The notes under the pieces are model-generated. The model saw only the letters and a program-made list of their open reading frames with translations, had not been told where the DNA came from and did no database searches. A stretch of DNA of 64,000 nt from assembly GCA_030141605.1 (NCBI GenBank), contig JAQGDQ010000359.1, positions 124,001 to 188,000 of the forward strand. The letters run 5' to 3'. This stretch comes from Tubiluchus corallicola (Eukaryota; Animalia; Priapulida). The position numbers were made by a program, and so were the translations under genes. This document shows positions 30,798 to 44,000 of the stretch, piece after piece; positions within the stretch are counted from its first letter, which is position 1, and every line of letters starts with the position of its first letter.

Positions 30798-32821
30798 CCT
30801 TACCTTAGACCTTAGTCCTTCCTGCGCATTGATGCACATTGGGCAGACAGCATTTTCCACTGAGTTCTATCGGCGGCTTCGTTCTCTACGTTTTCCCAAC
30901 TTCTGTTGACAGCTCGAAGGTCTTCTTTGAAGGATCTGCGCCACGTTGTTTTTGGCCGACCTCTTTTTCGTTTCCCACCAGGTGGTTCCCACTGTACTGC
31001 TGTTTTGGCGTAGCGACTTTCTGATAGACGGAGAATATGTCCAGCCAGTTTCATTCTTCTCTCTGTAACTATATCTTGTAACCGCAATGACTGCGCTCGT
31101 TGAAGAACTTCTACATTGGTGACATGGTCGCGGTAGGAGATTTTTAGTATCTTTCGAAGGCATTTTTGGTGGAAGACGTTCAGTTTCTTTGATAACTCCG
31201 CTGTGACTTTCCAGGTTTCGCTGGCATAGAGAGCCGTTGGCAGCACAATGGCGTTGTACAGACGAAGTTTGATTTTCATGTCAATTTTCTTGCTTGTCCA
31301 GATTTTTCCCATCTTCCTAAATACTGCTGTTGCTTTGCCAATTCTCCCCCTGATGTCATTTTCTGTACCTCCATTACAGGTCATCACACTGCCCAGATAT
31401 GAAAAACTGGTAAACGTTCTTAACCATTTGGCCTCCCACTGTTATATGTACATCATTCTGTTGGTTTGTCCACACTTTCAAAACTTTGGTCTTTTCTTGA
31501 CTAATTCTCAATCCAATTTTTCCCGCTACTTCTTCCATACTTGTGGTCAGTTGTTGCAGGCTTTCTTTTGATGTTTCCAGAAGAGCTATATCGTCAGCAA
31601 AGTCCAGATCTGCCAATCGTTGTTGTTGTTTCCATTGCATTCCTAGATCTTTACCATCAACCGCCTTGTTCATGATGAAATCAATCGTCAGTAGGAACAG
31701 GAATGGCGACATAATGCAACCTTGCTTAACTCCAGTTTTGATGGTGAAATACTCGGTGTTTCCCTCTTGTGTTCTTATACAACAGCCGCTGTTTTGGTAA
31801 AAGTTCTGGATGGTTGAAATGAATTTCTGTGGGATACCATACAGAGAAGCAATTTTCCATAGAGACTGCCTGTGAACAGAGTCAAAAGCCTTCTTGAAAT
31901 CAATAAAATTGATTAATAAGGGCTGTTGGAATTCCATACATTGCTCAATGATGTTTCTGAGAGTGAATATCTGTTCACAGCATGATCTTCCTTTTCTAAA
32001 TCCAGCTTGTTGTTCTCTTAGTCTTATATCAACAGCATCTCTCAACCGATCTAGCAGCACTATACTCAGGACTTTTCCAGGTATTGACATCAGAGTTATT
32101 CCTCTCCAATTGTTGCAATCTGTCAGGTTCCCTTTTTAGGCAACTTCACGATGACTCCATTTCTCCAATCTTCGGGGACCTTTTGTTGTTCCCAGCAGCT
32201 GTTCAGGAGCTTTGTCATTGATCGTGTTATCCCTTTATTACCGTGTTTCAGGAGCTCAGCTGTTATTTGGTCCTCTCCAGCTGCTTTGTTGTTCTTTAGT
32301 TTTTTGATGGCAGTTTCGACTTCCAGTTCACTGATGTTGTCCAATCTTACATCTAGCTGTTGTTGTCCAATTTCATTCTCAAAATTGAATAATGTTGTTG
32401 GGTTTGGCTGGTTGAGAACTTCCTTGAAGTGTTCCACCCATCGTGCGTTTTGCTGTTCTGTTGTTGTGAGAGTCACACCACTTTTGTTCTTGATTGGCAC
32501 AGCTGGGGTGCCTCCTGTTCCCGTTAGATCTTTAACAATTCTGTAGAGAGTCTTGGTATCATTATGGCTGGCTGCTAACTGTGCTTCTTCACCCTTCTTT
32601 TCAAACCATTCGTTCTTGTCCCTCCTGCAACGTCTTTTTACTGCTCTATCTGCCAGTTGGTACTGCTCATTGGCTTGACTCCTGCTTTCTGGTGTTTTTG
32701 CTTGGTCTCTCATTTGCTTAGTCTTCTTTCTTTCATCAATTAATTCCCAAGTTTTTTCTTGTATCCACATTTCTTTTCTGTTACCCCTTCTTCTGCCGAT
32801 CTGTTCATCTGCAACTGCAAC
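30798..32821 (-). mobile_element. 5'-truncated RTE-clade non-LTR retrotransposon (reverse transcriptase, two frameshifts)
   Basis: ORF pieces 32123-~32810, 31374-32090, 30812-31387 give KAAGED, QAGFRKGRSC, FIDFKKAFDSV, GVKQGCIMSPFLF, DLDFADDIALL, LYASETW, KRKRGRPKTTW. Frameshifts near 32130 and 31404; 3' tail ctaaggtctaaggtaagg; candidate TSD TGCACAT at 30791-30797 and 32822-32828. Confidence 0.93.
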
Positions 32822-35067
32822 TGCACATAACTTGTAAGTAATGCACAAATTGTGAACAAATGTATGTGCATGTATTATTGTAACTATATGTGTTTTACCA
32901 AAATGTTTTGGTCGGTTAGTAGCAAGACGTTTTCATTGTTGGGCAGCAACATGTTAGTCTTCTAGAAAAACTAGCATAACATAGCATAATAATGAAAATG
33001 TTGCTTTGCTGCCAATTTCAATGAAAAGGCCTATAGGAACACCACAGCTGTGATGTCCTTCCAATGAAACTGTTTGTACATGCCCAGGCTTAAGTGGATA
33101 TTTTAAGCTGTATAATTTTAGCTGCTTTAAAATTAACTGCTAGACAAAATCTGCCAATATAGGTAATGGGCAGTTAATGTAACAGGACTGAACTATAGCT
33201 GAATAACTAAATCGCTAACTAACTGAAGCGAAATAAATGTATGATATGTAGTTTTTGCTGTGTTTTTGGGCATAAGCAAGACTTTTCACAATGTGTGGCA
33301 TGAGGAATTTCTGTATAAATAAGACATTATTGGATAGATGGTTAGTTTCTGTATTGGGTTCCTCTGTTAGCCTATATCTTCGACCTATCTGAAATTGTTA
33401 CATTAGATGATACTAAACATCTGCTAATGCTATATCTGCATCACAATATTTGGTGTATGCAGGTGATCTATAGTGCACCTTTTAATTTATTTAGCCAGTG
33501 ATAACCCATAATGTTCTCCTCAATACCTAAATTGGGTTGATATCAAACTAAAAATTAGGTTTCTTAATGACCTGTCAATTTTAACTCATCTCAACCAATG
33601 CCAAGGAAATCACAGCATTAAGACAAAGTGCCATCAGCAGTAATTAAGCTTCATCAGGTTTCAGTGCTTTTATCACTTAAACCCTGCGGCACTAAAAACT
33701 AAATACTATGTAGCACCAGTAGTATATAATAACTGTATAAAACATGATTAATTAACATTAGTGCCATGGTGCCACTGTTTATAGTCTGATAGCTGCCTGT
33801 CAACCAGTTCTTAATTGCTTTTAATCGAACCGTGCAAATTCAAAATTTTGATAGGCCTATCACCAAATATATCCTCTGAATTCGTAAATAATGTATGATT
33901 AGTAAAATGATTTAAATTGGGTTTGTTATAAGACCCAACGTGGGGAAATTGAACTTCATTCAGTGCCATATACCTTTGTTTATTTACATTCATTAATGTC
34001 TGCAGTGTTAAAAATGCGAGAAACGATGGCTAAAAATGTGAATGAATAGTCCCTATACTACCTTGAATAGCTGTTGGTGCTAGCGAATATCTCTGTGTAT
34101 TTGTTACATGTACTTAAAAATGAAACATTATTCTGCAGCATTGACAATTCTATTGTAAACTATAAATACCTAAAAGAAGCAAATGGTTATGGTATTTTGT
34201 CAGTAGACTTTACCAACTAGTTACTATTCAAGTTAATGTAATGATGTCACATTTACACATGAGTAAATATGTATTTAATCATTTAACAAACATGGTTTAT
34301 TTAGACCGGGTGATATATAACTCAGTACTCATTTCACACCGGAACTCGCTGGTTCAAGGACGTTAAAAATGTTACTGCTGATTCTTCGACCAAGCACATC
34401 AAAATAATGTGTGGGTAATGATAAATCAGATGTCTTATGGAATAACCCTTCCGACTTTTTTGCTTTCTTTCCTTTTTGACGACAGATGGTGCTGCTACGA
34501 CAATGAGCGTCATCTGCTAGCTTTTCTGCCACCTGCGGCGAAGTCACACCTGGCAAACTCGCTGCTCGTTGATTGATTTGCGAGGAGCATCTCAAATACA
34601 GCCCGCCAAGCTTTAGCGCATGGTTAGTGAGCGTCGTTCACATAGTTTTCCCTTAAAGGTTCGTTGATTTCAGTAAAAAAGATTTGTAGTTGTGACTTTT
34701 CGGCAAGGTAAAGTAGTTGTGCGTTGTGCCGTCGTGTTTTATTTAGTGCAAGTTTAGTTGATAATTTGAGTGTAAATTTGGCGCCATGATGACCTAGGTG
34801 TTTAAGTGAAGTAGTCGTTCTTCGTAACGTGTTAATTAGTAACAAAATAATGATGACTTAATGTTATGAAATGGGCAAAATGTGACAAAATAACAGGTCT
34901 TACCTGCATATTGGTCACAAGTTGTAGCGTCAGTATAGTACATTCCGCCCTACCAAATGGCCTGAATTCAAAACGTGACATAGGATAAAAATAGTGTGAC
35001 GTATATGAGCAAATATCAGCGGATTACAATGTGCATAATATCAGAGGATTATCCCATGTGATAACAA

Positions 35068-38000
35068 ATGGCGGGATACAAAAGGATGGTACCGGTAGCT
35101 GTTTGGATCTGGTTAACATGGGCGTGTCTTTCGACGGTGTTGGGAAAAGGTACAAAATACAATGTTTAAGTCTGTGTTAGTGTGTAAAACGATCAATTTT
35201 GTTATTAACTTGGTTGCACTTGATGACATTTTTTATCATTTTAATAATTGCTATTCGCAAAAGTATGGATAGTTGACCTGTTTTAAGCTATTTAGAGGTT
35301 GGTCTGTAATTGTTAAAAGGCCTATTATAAGACGCGATGGATAATTCAGCCCGTCAAGATCCATCAAGTCTTAAACAAGAAATAATGAGCTGCCCCATCA
35401 AAAGCTGCAAAAAGCATGCCTAGGCTACTACTTAGTCTGGCTGCGAGACTAAACACGTCTGCAGATTAACGTATTTTTTTCAGACAGGGTTTTCACAACT
35501 ATAAGATTCCTCAAACGTTTGTCACATGTTTAGTCCAAACATAATGCAGTCTTAAATGGTAAAAGAAATCAAAATGCCCGTAAATACTCAAAAGATTCTC
35601 TATTTCGTCCCTCTAGTCATTAGCTGTACAGAGATACTATAATAAAATTTACAGGTAAAACTGCATATAAATTAAAGATATACAGTGTCCTTAAAATAAA
35701 AAATGCAAAATTCATAAAGAAACTCTATTAAAAAGCTGTATTAAAAGTAATTCTTTAAGAAATTTTCATCTTTTATTGTAAGGACGAAATCCATTTACAA
35801 CTCGTTTAATTTTGATGCATATTTAACACTCCTAACGGGATAGTATCAGTACTATTAATCACCTAAAATCTAGATTGACCCGTTAACACCAAACTAAGAT
35901 TAATTAATTAATAGACTAGTTTCGACGAATTAAACTGCCTGTGGGTGCATGGATGCACCCAGAGTCTCAAACTCTTATTTGTGTAAAAATGTACACCTAT
36001 TATGTTAAAATTTATACATCCCAATCTATGCACTTCCCAATTTTATACTATTTTTGCAGTCCCAATCTAACTGCAGCATACAAGTTTTTGCACACAAGAA
36101 AGACATCGTTCATTTTCTGTACTCCCCCGGCAGGAGGATAAGTCAACTGTAATAATCTTCTAAATCGAATTAACCATAAATATTTATAATCAAATACAGT
36201 GATATTACTGAGGCGTGCTAATTTTATGTACAGTATAGTTTATTTCTACTGTAGTGTCACTGCTCAGCCTGGCGTTTTATTGCTGTTCATAAAGTGCAAT
36301 AATGTGGTCAAGAATGTTAACGATCATCAATAATAGACGCCAATTCAATCCTTTTTAAATAACTGACTGCTGAGAAGTACACGAGACACAAAAATCTCAA
36401 AAATGTAGATCTTACAGACAACTAGACAGCAACTTTGCAAAAGTTTTTGCTTAACTTTTCGACTGGTTTGTTTAGATAACCATGACATAATCATTGTCTC
36501 AAGCTCGTGGCTGGTATTATACACGTACTCTGACAGTTGCATACTATAGTCTCCACTTCCAGGAATGCTGCTTTATTATGTTGTCCGTCTACACACCATT
36601 TGTACGCGTACAGGACGTTTTATTTTGAAAAAAATAAAAATAAATAAATCGTACGTGCGTTACGATAAGCGTGTTTATGCCTTTATAAACTTAACACATT
36701 AGTTCCAAAACATTTTGGTATTGTTTAAATTTATTGTATACAGTTGTACAAGTTAAAAGTACATTTTGCGCCATTTGAAAATTTAATCCGTCTGCAGTAA
36801 CGAATAATAAACACATTTTACTGATTTTATTACATTTTAACGTGTATGTTTAGGCTATGTAATAGTGGCTAGTGAGTATGAAGCTTAAATTCTCTACGTA
36901 AGCGGGTTTCAACGATATGTTTCAAGTTTCTAACTGAAATAATTCGAACTGTGATGAACGTACTATCGCTTACATGCGAGAGGTTAACGGTGTGACTAAA
37001 TGTCCTGTAAAAATTTGGCGTTGTTCTTCAAACGTGCTCTAGGCGAATACAGCGGCTCTAATCTCTGTGCATTCCAATAGAGACCAAAGAAAGTATGCTG
37101 GTCAGCCATGACAACTAAGCATCAGCGAATGACAAGGTCACTTGTTGGAACTGTCCTTCACCGTGGTCCTTGAATTCTGTTAGCTACCACCAGTGTTTTA
37201 CTTAATTACATTATACTTGTGTAAGCTGAAAACTACATTAGATAACTTTACTCTATAACTGCGTGTATATATACCCTACCCTGGGAAATAGAAATGGTCT
37301 TGTAATCATTACAAGGTCAAGTTTGGTATAAAGCCATAATATAAAAGTCACCTCTGCAATTTATCAACTCCTACCTGTCAATAAATGCAATTGAACGCCT
37401 TCTCTAATGCTGTGTAAGAAACTTGGAGTACGATGGATCTAGCTTGCTATGGATTTATTGGTCGCGCGTCTTTGATAAATGTAGAAGTTACATAATTGTA
37501 TTGACTTTATTTGTTGCGCCAGAGTTGTCATGTACGATATTAGCAGCCATGTAACTTCTCTAAGTTACCTGTTCACAGGTGATACGCGATATGATATTAG
37601 AATTACAGGTATATACATTATACGGTGACTGTATATCCGCTTAACTAGAATGATAATGATTATGGTGGAATACTCGTAGATTGAGTACATGTAGCTAATT
37701 ATCAACCTAAAGTCAGACAGAAATGTGCGGGTCTGTCAGAACACACGTACACGAGCGTGTGTTTTTAATCCTGTAGAAAATTAATGTTGGCGATATCACT
37801 GATGCCTTAAATTTTTGGAAAATTGTTTTTTACTAGCATCAGAATTACAAACGCAGCCATACTATATTGCAAAACACAATTTAAGTACATATTAAATATG
37901 ATAACCTTCTTCAGGGACGCATTAATCGTTTATTAGGTGTGCTTCGTTCGAGTACCTGGTATCAGCTGAAATCTGAAATTCGTATTAATAGCAGCAATAC

Positions 38001-41000
38001 GCTTATGATTTTTTTTCCAACAAATGCAGAATATTCTGTACAGTCCACATTGGATTACAAGGTGCAATTTATTAAATTTAAAGTAAATATAATGGTAACT
38101 ACGATAAGTTTGATTGTTTAAAAATTAATAGATTTATGTCTAAGAAAGCTAGAGAGCTTACATGGACCCAAAGCATCACTCTCATTGTTTGGAATGTTTT
38201 GAACAAAACGATTTAGGCAGAAGTGATTTTTTTCCTTTTTAGACAACCAGCAGTTAATGATATTTTATAATATTTATATTGGGAATAATTTGTGATCCTG
38301 TAGCATAAAATCAAAATCAATATCACATAGTGTATCACACAAGGCTTAATGGCTTTTTATTACCCTTTTTATTGGTGTAAAACACTTGAGTTTTTATCTA
38401 CTAACCCAGATATTGTTTCTGTTTTTTATTTATGCAACTAACCCAACGAATCCTATTATATTACAATAATTCGAATTATTACATTCTGAAGACTTAGTAC
38501 GTGAATTCTTGTACTGTTTTTTCATTGTGATTGTATTCTCTTAATTTTTTGTCTTTTATGGTTATGTATCATGACCAAGGACTACTATACTACAGGACGT
38601 GCACGCTCAGATCTCTGATTCGGCTAGCGGAGGCGATCAATTTTTAACATTTAGTGCTAATAATTTGGACATATTTACCCCCCATGGTGACCTATAGCAT
38701 GCCACAATACACATAGAACATATTCCTCATTCATCTAGTAATTTAAAAACAGTGGTACCTATGATATCCCCCCTCCCAAAAAAAACACCATATCTGCAAC
38801 TCATTGTGTCCCGATGATTACCTGTCACTTTCTATAGAGTGTATAGTAGTCCTTGATCATGACCAATTTTCCTAATAAGCAGCCAAACCACAAAATAATA
38901 ATTAGTCTAAAACTAATATCAGCTACTGCGTTTTGTCCGGCAGTGAACTTTTGCCGCATAGGAGTTCCGTATATCGAAAATGGCAAAAGCGCACCGTTGT
39001 CGTGATTTCGAATTTGGAATGTAGGTTTTCTGGCTTAACTAAAAGTAGCCTAATTAAGTTCATTCTTTAAGGCTTGTTGCTGTAACAAAGACCGATTTTA
39101 ATTTCTGTTTATTAAGTGCAGCAGAAGATACCTGGTACGCTTCGTTGAAAATTAACACCACGGGCTAGCGAGCATGACGCTTTCGTAAACACGTGGATTT
39201 GTTAAAATGCTGTAAAGATGGATAGAAATTACTAGAAAGGAATGTTTACGGTGTGAACTCACGACACTATCCACAAAGTTGGAATATTGGAATTATCTTT
39301 AATTTTTAAACCAGATTTATGATTTCAAATTAACCACATTCTCTGTTGTTCCACATTGTTAAGCTATCGATAACCTAACAGGATTAGGTAACCAAAGCTA
39401 AAATTAATCAACTGAAACCACATAAAGATGCGAAAACTATAAGCTGATTAGGAATTGAACTCTTGAAGATGTTTGGAATCGAGTAGACCACTGCCAGTAG
39501 CTGGTACACTCGATACGTCCCGTAACTGCCACTGCGCGGTTCCTGTGTTGAAGTGTTTAGTTTGGAAAGCAAATACACGAGAGTTTTGTGTACACGCCTG
39601 AAATGAGTGATATCGCACACATCAAACGGTTAGCAACAACAGAAAAACTAACAGGCCAAATAGAGATCAGAATTTGAAAGAAAGCGTCATACATTGGCAG
39701 TACAAATGATATTTCTTTCCTTTTTTCAGCATTTTAGTCTCTGCTCGATGCCTAAATAATTCTTTTTTCTAAAAATGTATATATCGTTCTATCCATCCTA
39801 AAAAGACTGCAAGACTTTGTCTATACATAGTTTTAAACAACACACCTGATATAAAATCAGGAGTGCCAAAGGAGTATTTAGAGGCGCATTTTTGCTAGTC
39901 GTGGATACATTTGAAAATTTTCATCTAATCTATTAAGAAGACAAACTAAGAACGCAAGCATTTACTGCAGATGCTACTTTTTCCCATATGCAATATACAT
40001 GATAGATCCAGATAATCAAAGTCACGAGTAAAAAAGTCACAGGCAAAAAGAAATAACCCTGTTAATACCTAACCCTAACCAATCTTAATCGTGACTTTTC
40101 CTGTGACTTTACTACCGATCACTCTGTGATAGACTGTATCAAAATGTTCTAGCCAACCTAGAGTAACATACCAGCACTTTGTTTTAATAAAACAGTGAAC
40201 ACCTGCTGCGCCTAGCTAATACATTTACATGCTTCTCCCTATTCGTATTTATGAAGTTGATAAGAAGTGATAAGACTGTTAATTGTAGCAACAAATCTTA
40301 TTACTGTAGCAGCTGTTGCAGAGAGCAATGGAAGATAAACTTGCTAATACTACCCGAAATTATTTACCAAAGTGTTAAGGCGGATGAACCATTATTGTTT
40401 ACGATAAGCATTAGACTATAATTATTGGTAACTACAGTCAGGGATGAAAGCCGGGACCGGTTTCACTACAACTCCTCTTTACTTAGAGAATTTTTTTTAT
40501 AAAACGTCTGGGAACTTTTGAGTTTTTCTTTTTGTAATAATAGTTAAACTTTAAAGACTGTTGGGCGATTACACGGCAGACTGTCAGCATGATGATGAAG
40601 ACTGTAAGTTGGAAACTGGTTAGGGCTGCTACTAGAAGCGGAGCGATTTCGTACTAAAAATTTATCTTGTTATGTACGTGTATACATAAAGAATAAAGAT
40701 ACAATGTCCTAGTGACAGAAACCAGCCTAATTGCTACGAGTCGTTTCTCAGGGTTTTAATGACTCCTGTATGCTAAATTTTAAAATTAATGTTTTTTGTA
40801 GATTTTTTCGATCCTAAACTATTAAGTGTTGTTTGCTACGTAATTTAAACATATCCGTTGGAAAATAAATGGTTAAAATTAAAGATGTGTTGCGTGGAAC
40901 CTTATGGAATGCATTACTACATAATTATATCAGTTATAAAAAAGAAGCGATGTTTGTTGGAGTATTGTTGCAATGTAATTATTAAAAATACGATTAACTG

Positions 41001-44000
41001 ATCAGTAGCTTTGCGGCAAATTGACATGCACGCAAAATAATTATTGATAAATTACGTGTCAGCATTGATATTAATTATTTACAGAAATTGGAGTGATTTC
41101 GACACTTTTCGCTTACGAAGGCATAAGGTTTAGCGAACCTGTAGAGCAGCTAGCATTTGCATTTTATAGCTAACTTTTCATGGTTAATTTTATGACTTTC
41201 AAACGGAATTTTGAATGCGTTTACCTAACATGCATTCGTAAAAGAATTTCTGACCGGGTACCTCAGACTTGTTAATGCACCATAGGCACGTTTTATTGAC
41301 ACCTGTAGTTCATTGTTCCTGCATACTTGTGTGTAAGGAAGTAACTTTGCTGTCCATCCTAAACAAGTGAAAGATCAATGGTCACTAACGGAACAGAGTC
41401 GAACAGTAAATCCAGCTGATAAATGCTATGGTTAGGCATTCTATGTGGCTATTCCTTGATCAACCTAACAAGCTGGACAGAACAATTCTGTGACAACAGC
41501 TCGGGCCAAAATGAACGGAGAGCGGACACTGTACAAACCTATGGCAATAATAGCCTTGCCAATGTTGAGCCTACATATTTATGTACTTTAATGTCCTATA
41601 TAAAGGCCCTGAATTTTTTCGCAGTTAGCTATAGATTTAGCCTCTTAATATAGTAAAGACAAATAATAATGCCTATACAATTTGCAAGCTTTTGCAAAGA
41701 TTGAGCTACTTGTGACGTCTTTCTCGCATCTTCTTGATGGTCATCTTTTCATACAGACTCTACAATTGTACATGGCTTTTCGAACGTGCCTGAGGATGCT
41801 TCTGCTGGTTCAGTGGCTCATCTTAAAGGGATATCCTTGATAGTGGCCCAGGTTTTGGTCACGCCACAAACATAATATTGAATGCTGGATCGTGCGGAAT
41901 CGTAAAAACATGTCGTCAAGCCCTTATCGGTCATATTATGTTAGCTTTTCTATTAATTGCTGCTTTTTCGTGATTTTAACACTTCTGCCAAGTTTTCGCA
42001 AAATAATACACCTTAGCATACATAAAACGTCAGTCAGAGTTGAGTGAATGTTACACAACACCGGTAAACAAAATGTGAACGAAAATAACACGATTGAGTT
42101 TTAATGAAAAATCTTAGCGGTGCTAGGGCGCAACCAAAACAAGCCAAACCTGTTTTTACCTACGCTACCTGGCCACCAAACAAAATTCAAGGGCTGTAAC
42201 TGTCACTCAGTAAATTCCACAGCAAAGTAGATTGGCTTTCAGTTAAATCTTCACAATAGCGACTCAATGCACGTACACATAAATATTAAGAGGTACGCTT
42301 CAATTTTAACTGGCACTCCCGTGTCACTTGCAAAGTGATTCACTCGGTCTAGCTCTTAATATGTCATAAATACCTTTTGTAGTCATTGAATTACAAAATG
42401 ATCATTTACACTATGTGTGCGTGTATAATCAATGTCTGTCGTATGTCTGTCAAGTGTGGAAATTTGTTTGAAAATTTTATTATCTGAAAACACAGTTTAT
42501 TGTTTTTGAAGTTAATGATTTACAATAATTTGAATTCTTATTTCTATTTAAAAAAATCTATATGCAAGTGTGTTAAATCATGATATTATTGTAGTGTACA
42601 TGACGAGAACCAAATTCCTGTATGATCAGGACTGGTAGTTTAAGTAAACAATTTTACTCCGTAATTGTTTTAATGCAAAATATAAAGCATTTACAACAAA
42701 ACTACGACCATGTTTTGCATACAGTTTCAAACCATGTGTTTCCCACCACGCAGCGTGTCCATCAAATGAACGAGTATAGTATATACAGTTACAGTCTATA
42801 AAATGAAGGAGTATAGTATATACAATTACACTCTATAATATATGCATACATCGAATTGCAATTCACAACCTAACGGCTGTTCTTTAACAAAACTGGCTAA
42901 TTTCAGTTTTCTAGTTTTTTCCTTTCCATAATTATTTTTGTCATAAAACAAACACACAAGCGAATTCCAGATAATTTCGATACAAAAATTTCTTAAAAGT
43001 TCGCAGAGCTACATTTCCAGTGTATAAGCCTGACGTTAGGGGCGTATATTGATTCCATTGAAACAAAATATAGAACACAAGCAAAAGGCATATTGAATGC
43101 AGACTGTACTACACAGTAAATGTTATTACTACTTTTTAGACTAAGCTGGTTTAAGTAGGACATGTAGACTAGTAACAAGTAATTTACACTTAACATTAGA
43201 GATAATTAGACTAATACATGTACTACAGTTTAAACTTTCATAGTTTCACTCACTATATCGCTGTACGTTATGTTAATTAAAAATTAATTAGTAGTGTCAG
43301 GTTCTATGTTTGTTTTAAAATCATAGGACTACTAAGTACTAACCACATGTCACTCTTTCAATTTTGACCGTGGATTTTCCCAAATTCATAAACTGAATTG
43401 GTTCTGTAATTTCTGGCAATCTGACATTTTAAGTACGTTTTTCGCTTTTGTCTGAATCGTCTTGAATAAAAACGCAATTTATAGAATAAAACGGTATTGA
43501 TCTTTGGAACAATTCATTTGGAATTACAGCAGTCATACTTTTTCTTATAAATAATGTGTTCCGAATGGTAACATGAACATGTACTTTTCGTGTCCACGAA
43601 CATTAATTTTAAATGCGCAATAAATTTAAGTCATTCAAAACAAAATGTTTAAAGTTTTGTGTAAATATGTAAAGAATCATAAAGATCTAGTAAATATAAG
43701 TACCGAATTATTTCAGGGACTTACGACCCCAGCTGTGGGTGTATAAAGCAGACTTTAGGCCAAAGAGGTATGCACATAGACCATAAATATTTGGTAGGGT
43801 GTTTGGAAATTGGGGTTACCACGGGCAATAACTAATTTGCCTCTTCCTGCACATGCTTCCTGTAGGACTTAGTAGTGTACCAGTACATGCATCAACCTAT
43901 ATGTCTGACTAGAAAACTATTGCTTGAAATAATAAGGATACACTAATATTTAGTATAACTTCATAGAATGTCACAAAGCACAGACGTCTGGGGCATGTTT

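Noticed and set aside
30839-32546. Plus-strand ORFs overlapping the LINE
   Set aside because: Antisense shadows of the RT reading frame.
40018-40115. Short inverted aaagtcac / gtgacttt repeats around cctaaccctaac
   Set aside because: Probably a small transposon remnant; too short and degenerate to define ends, and not a telomeric array.
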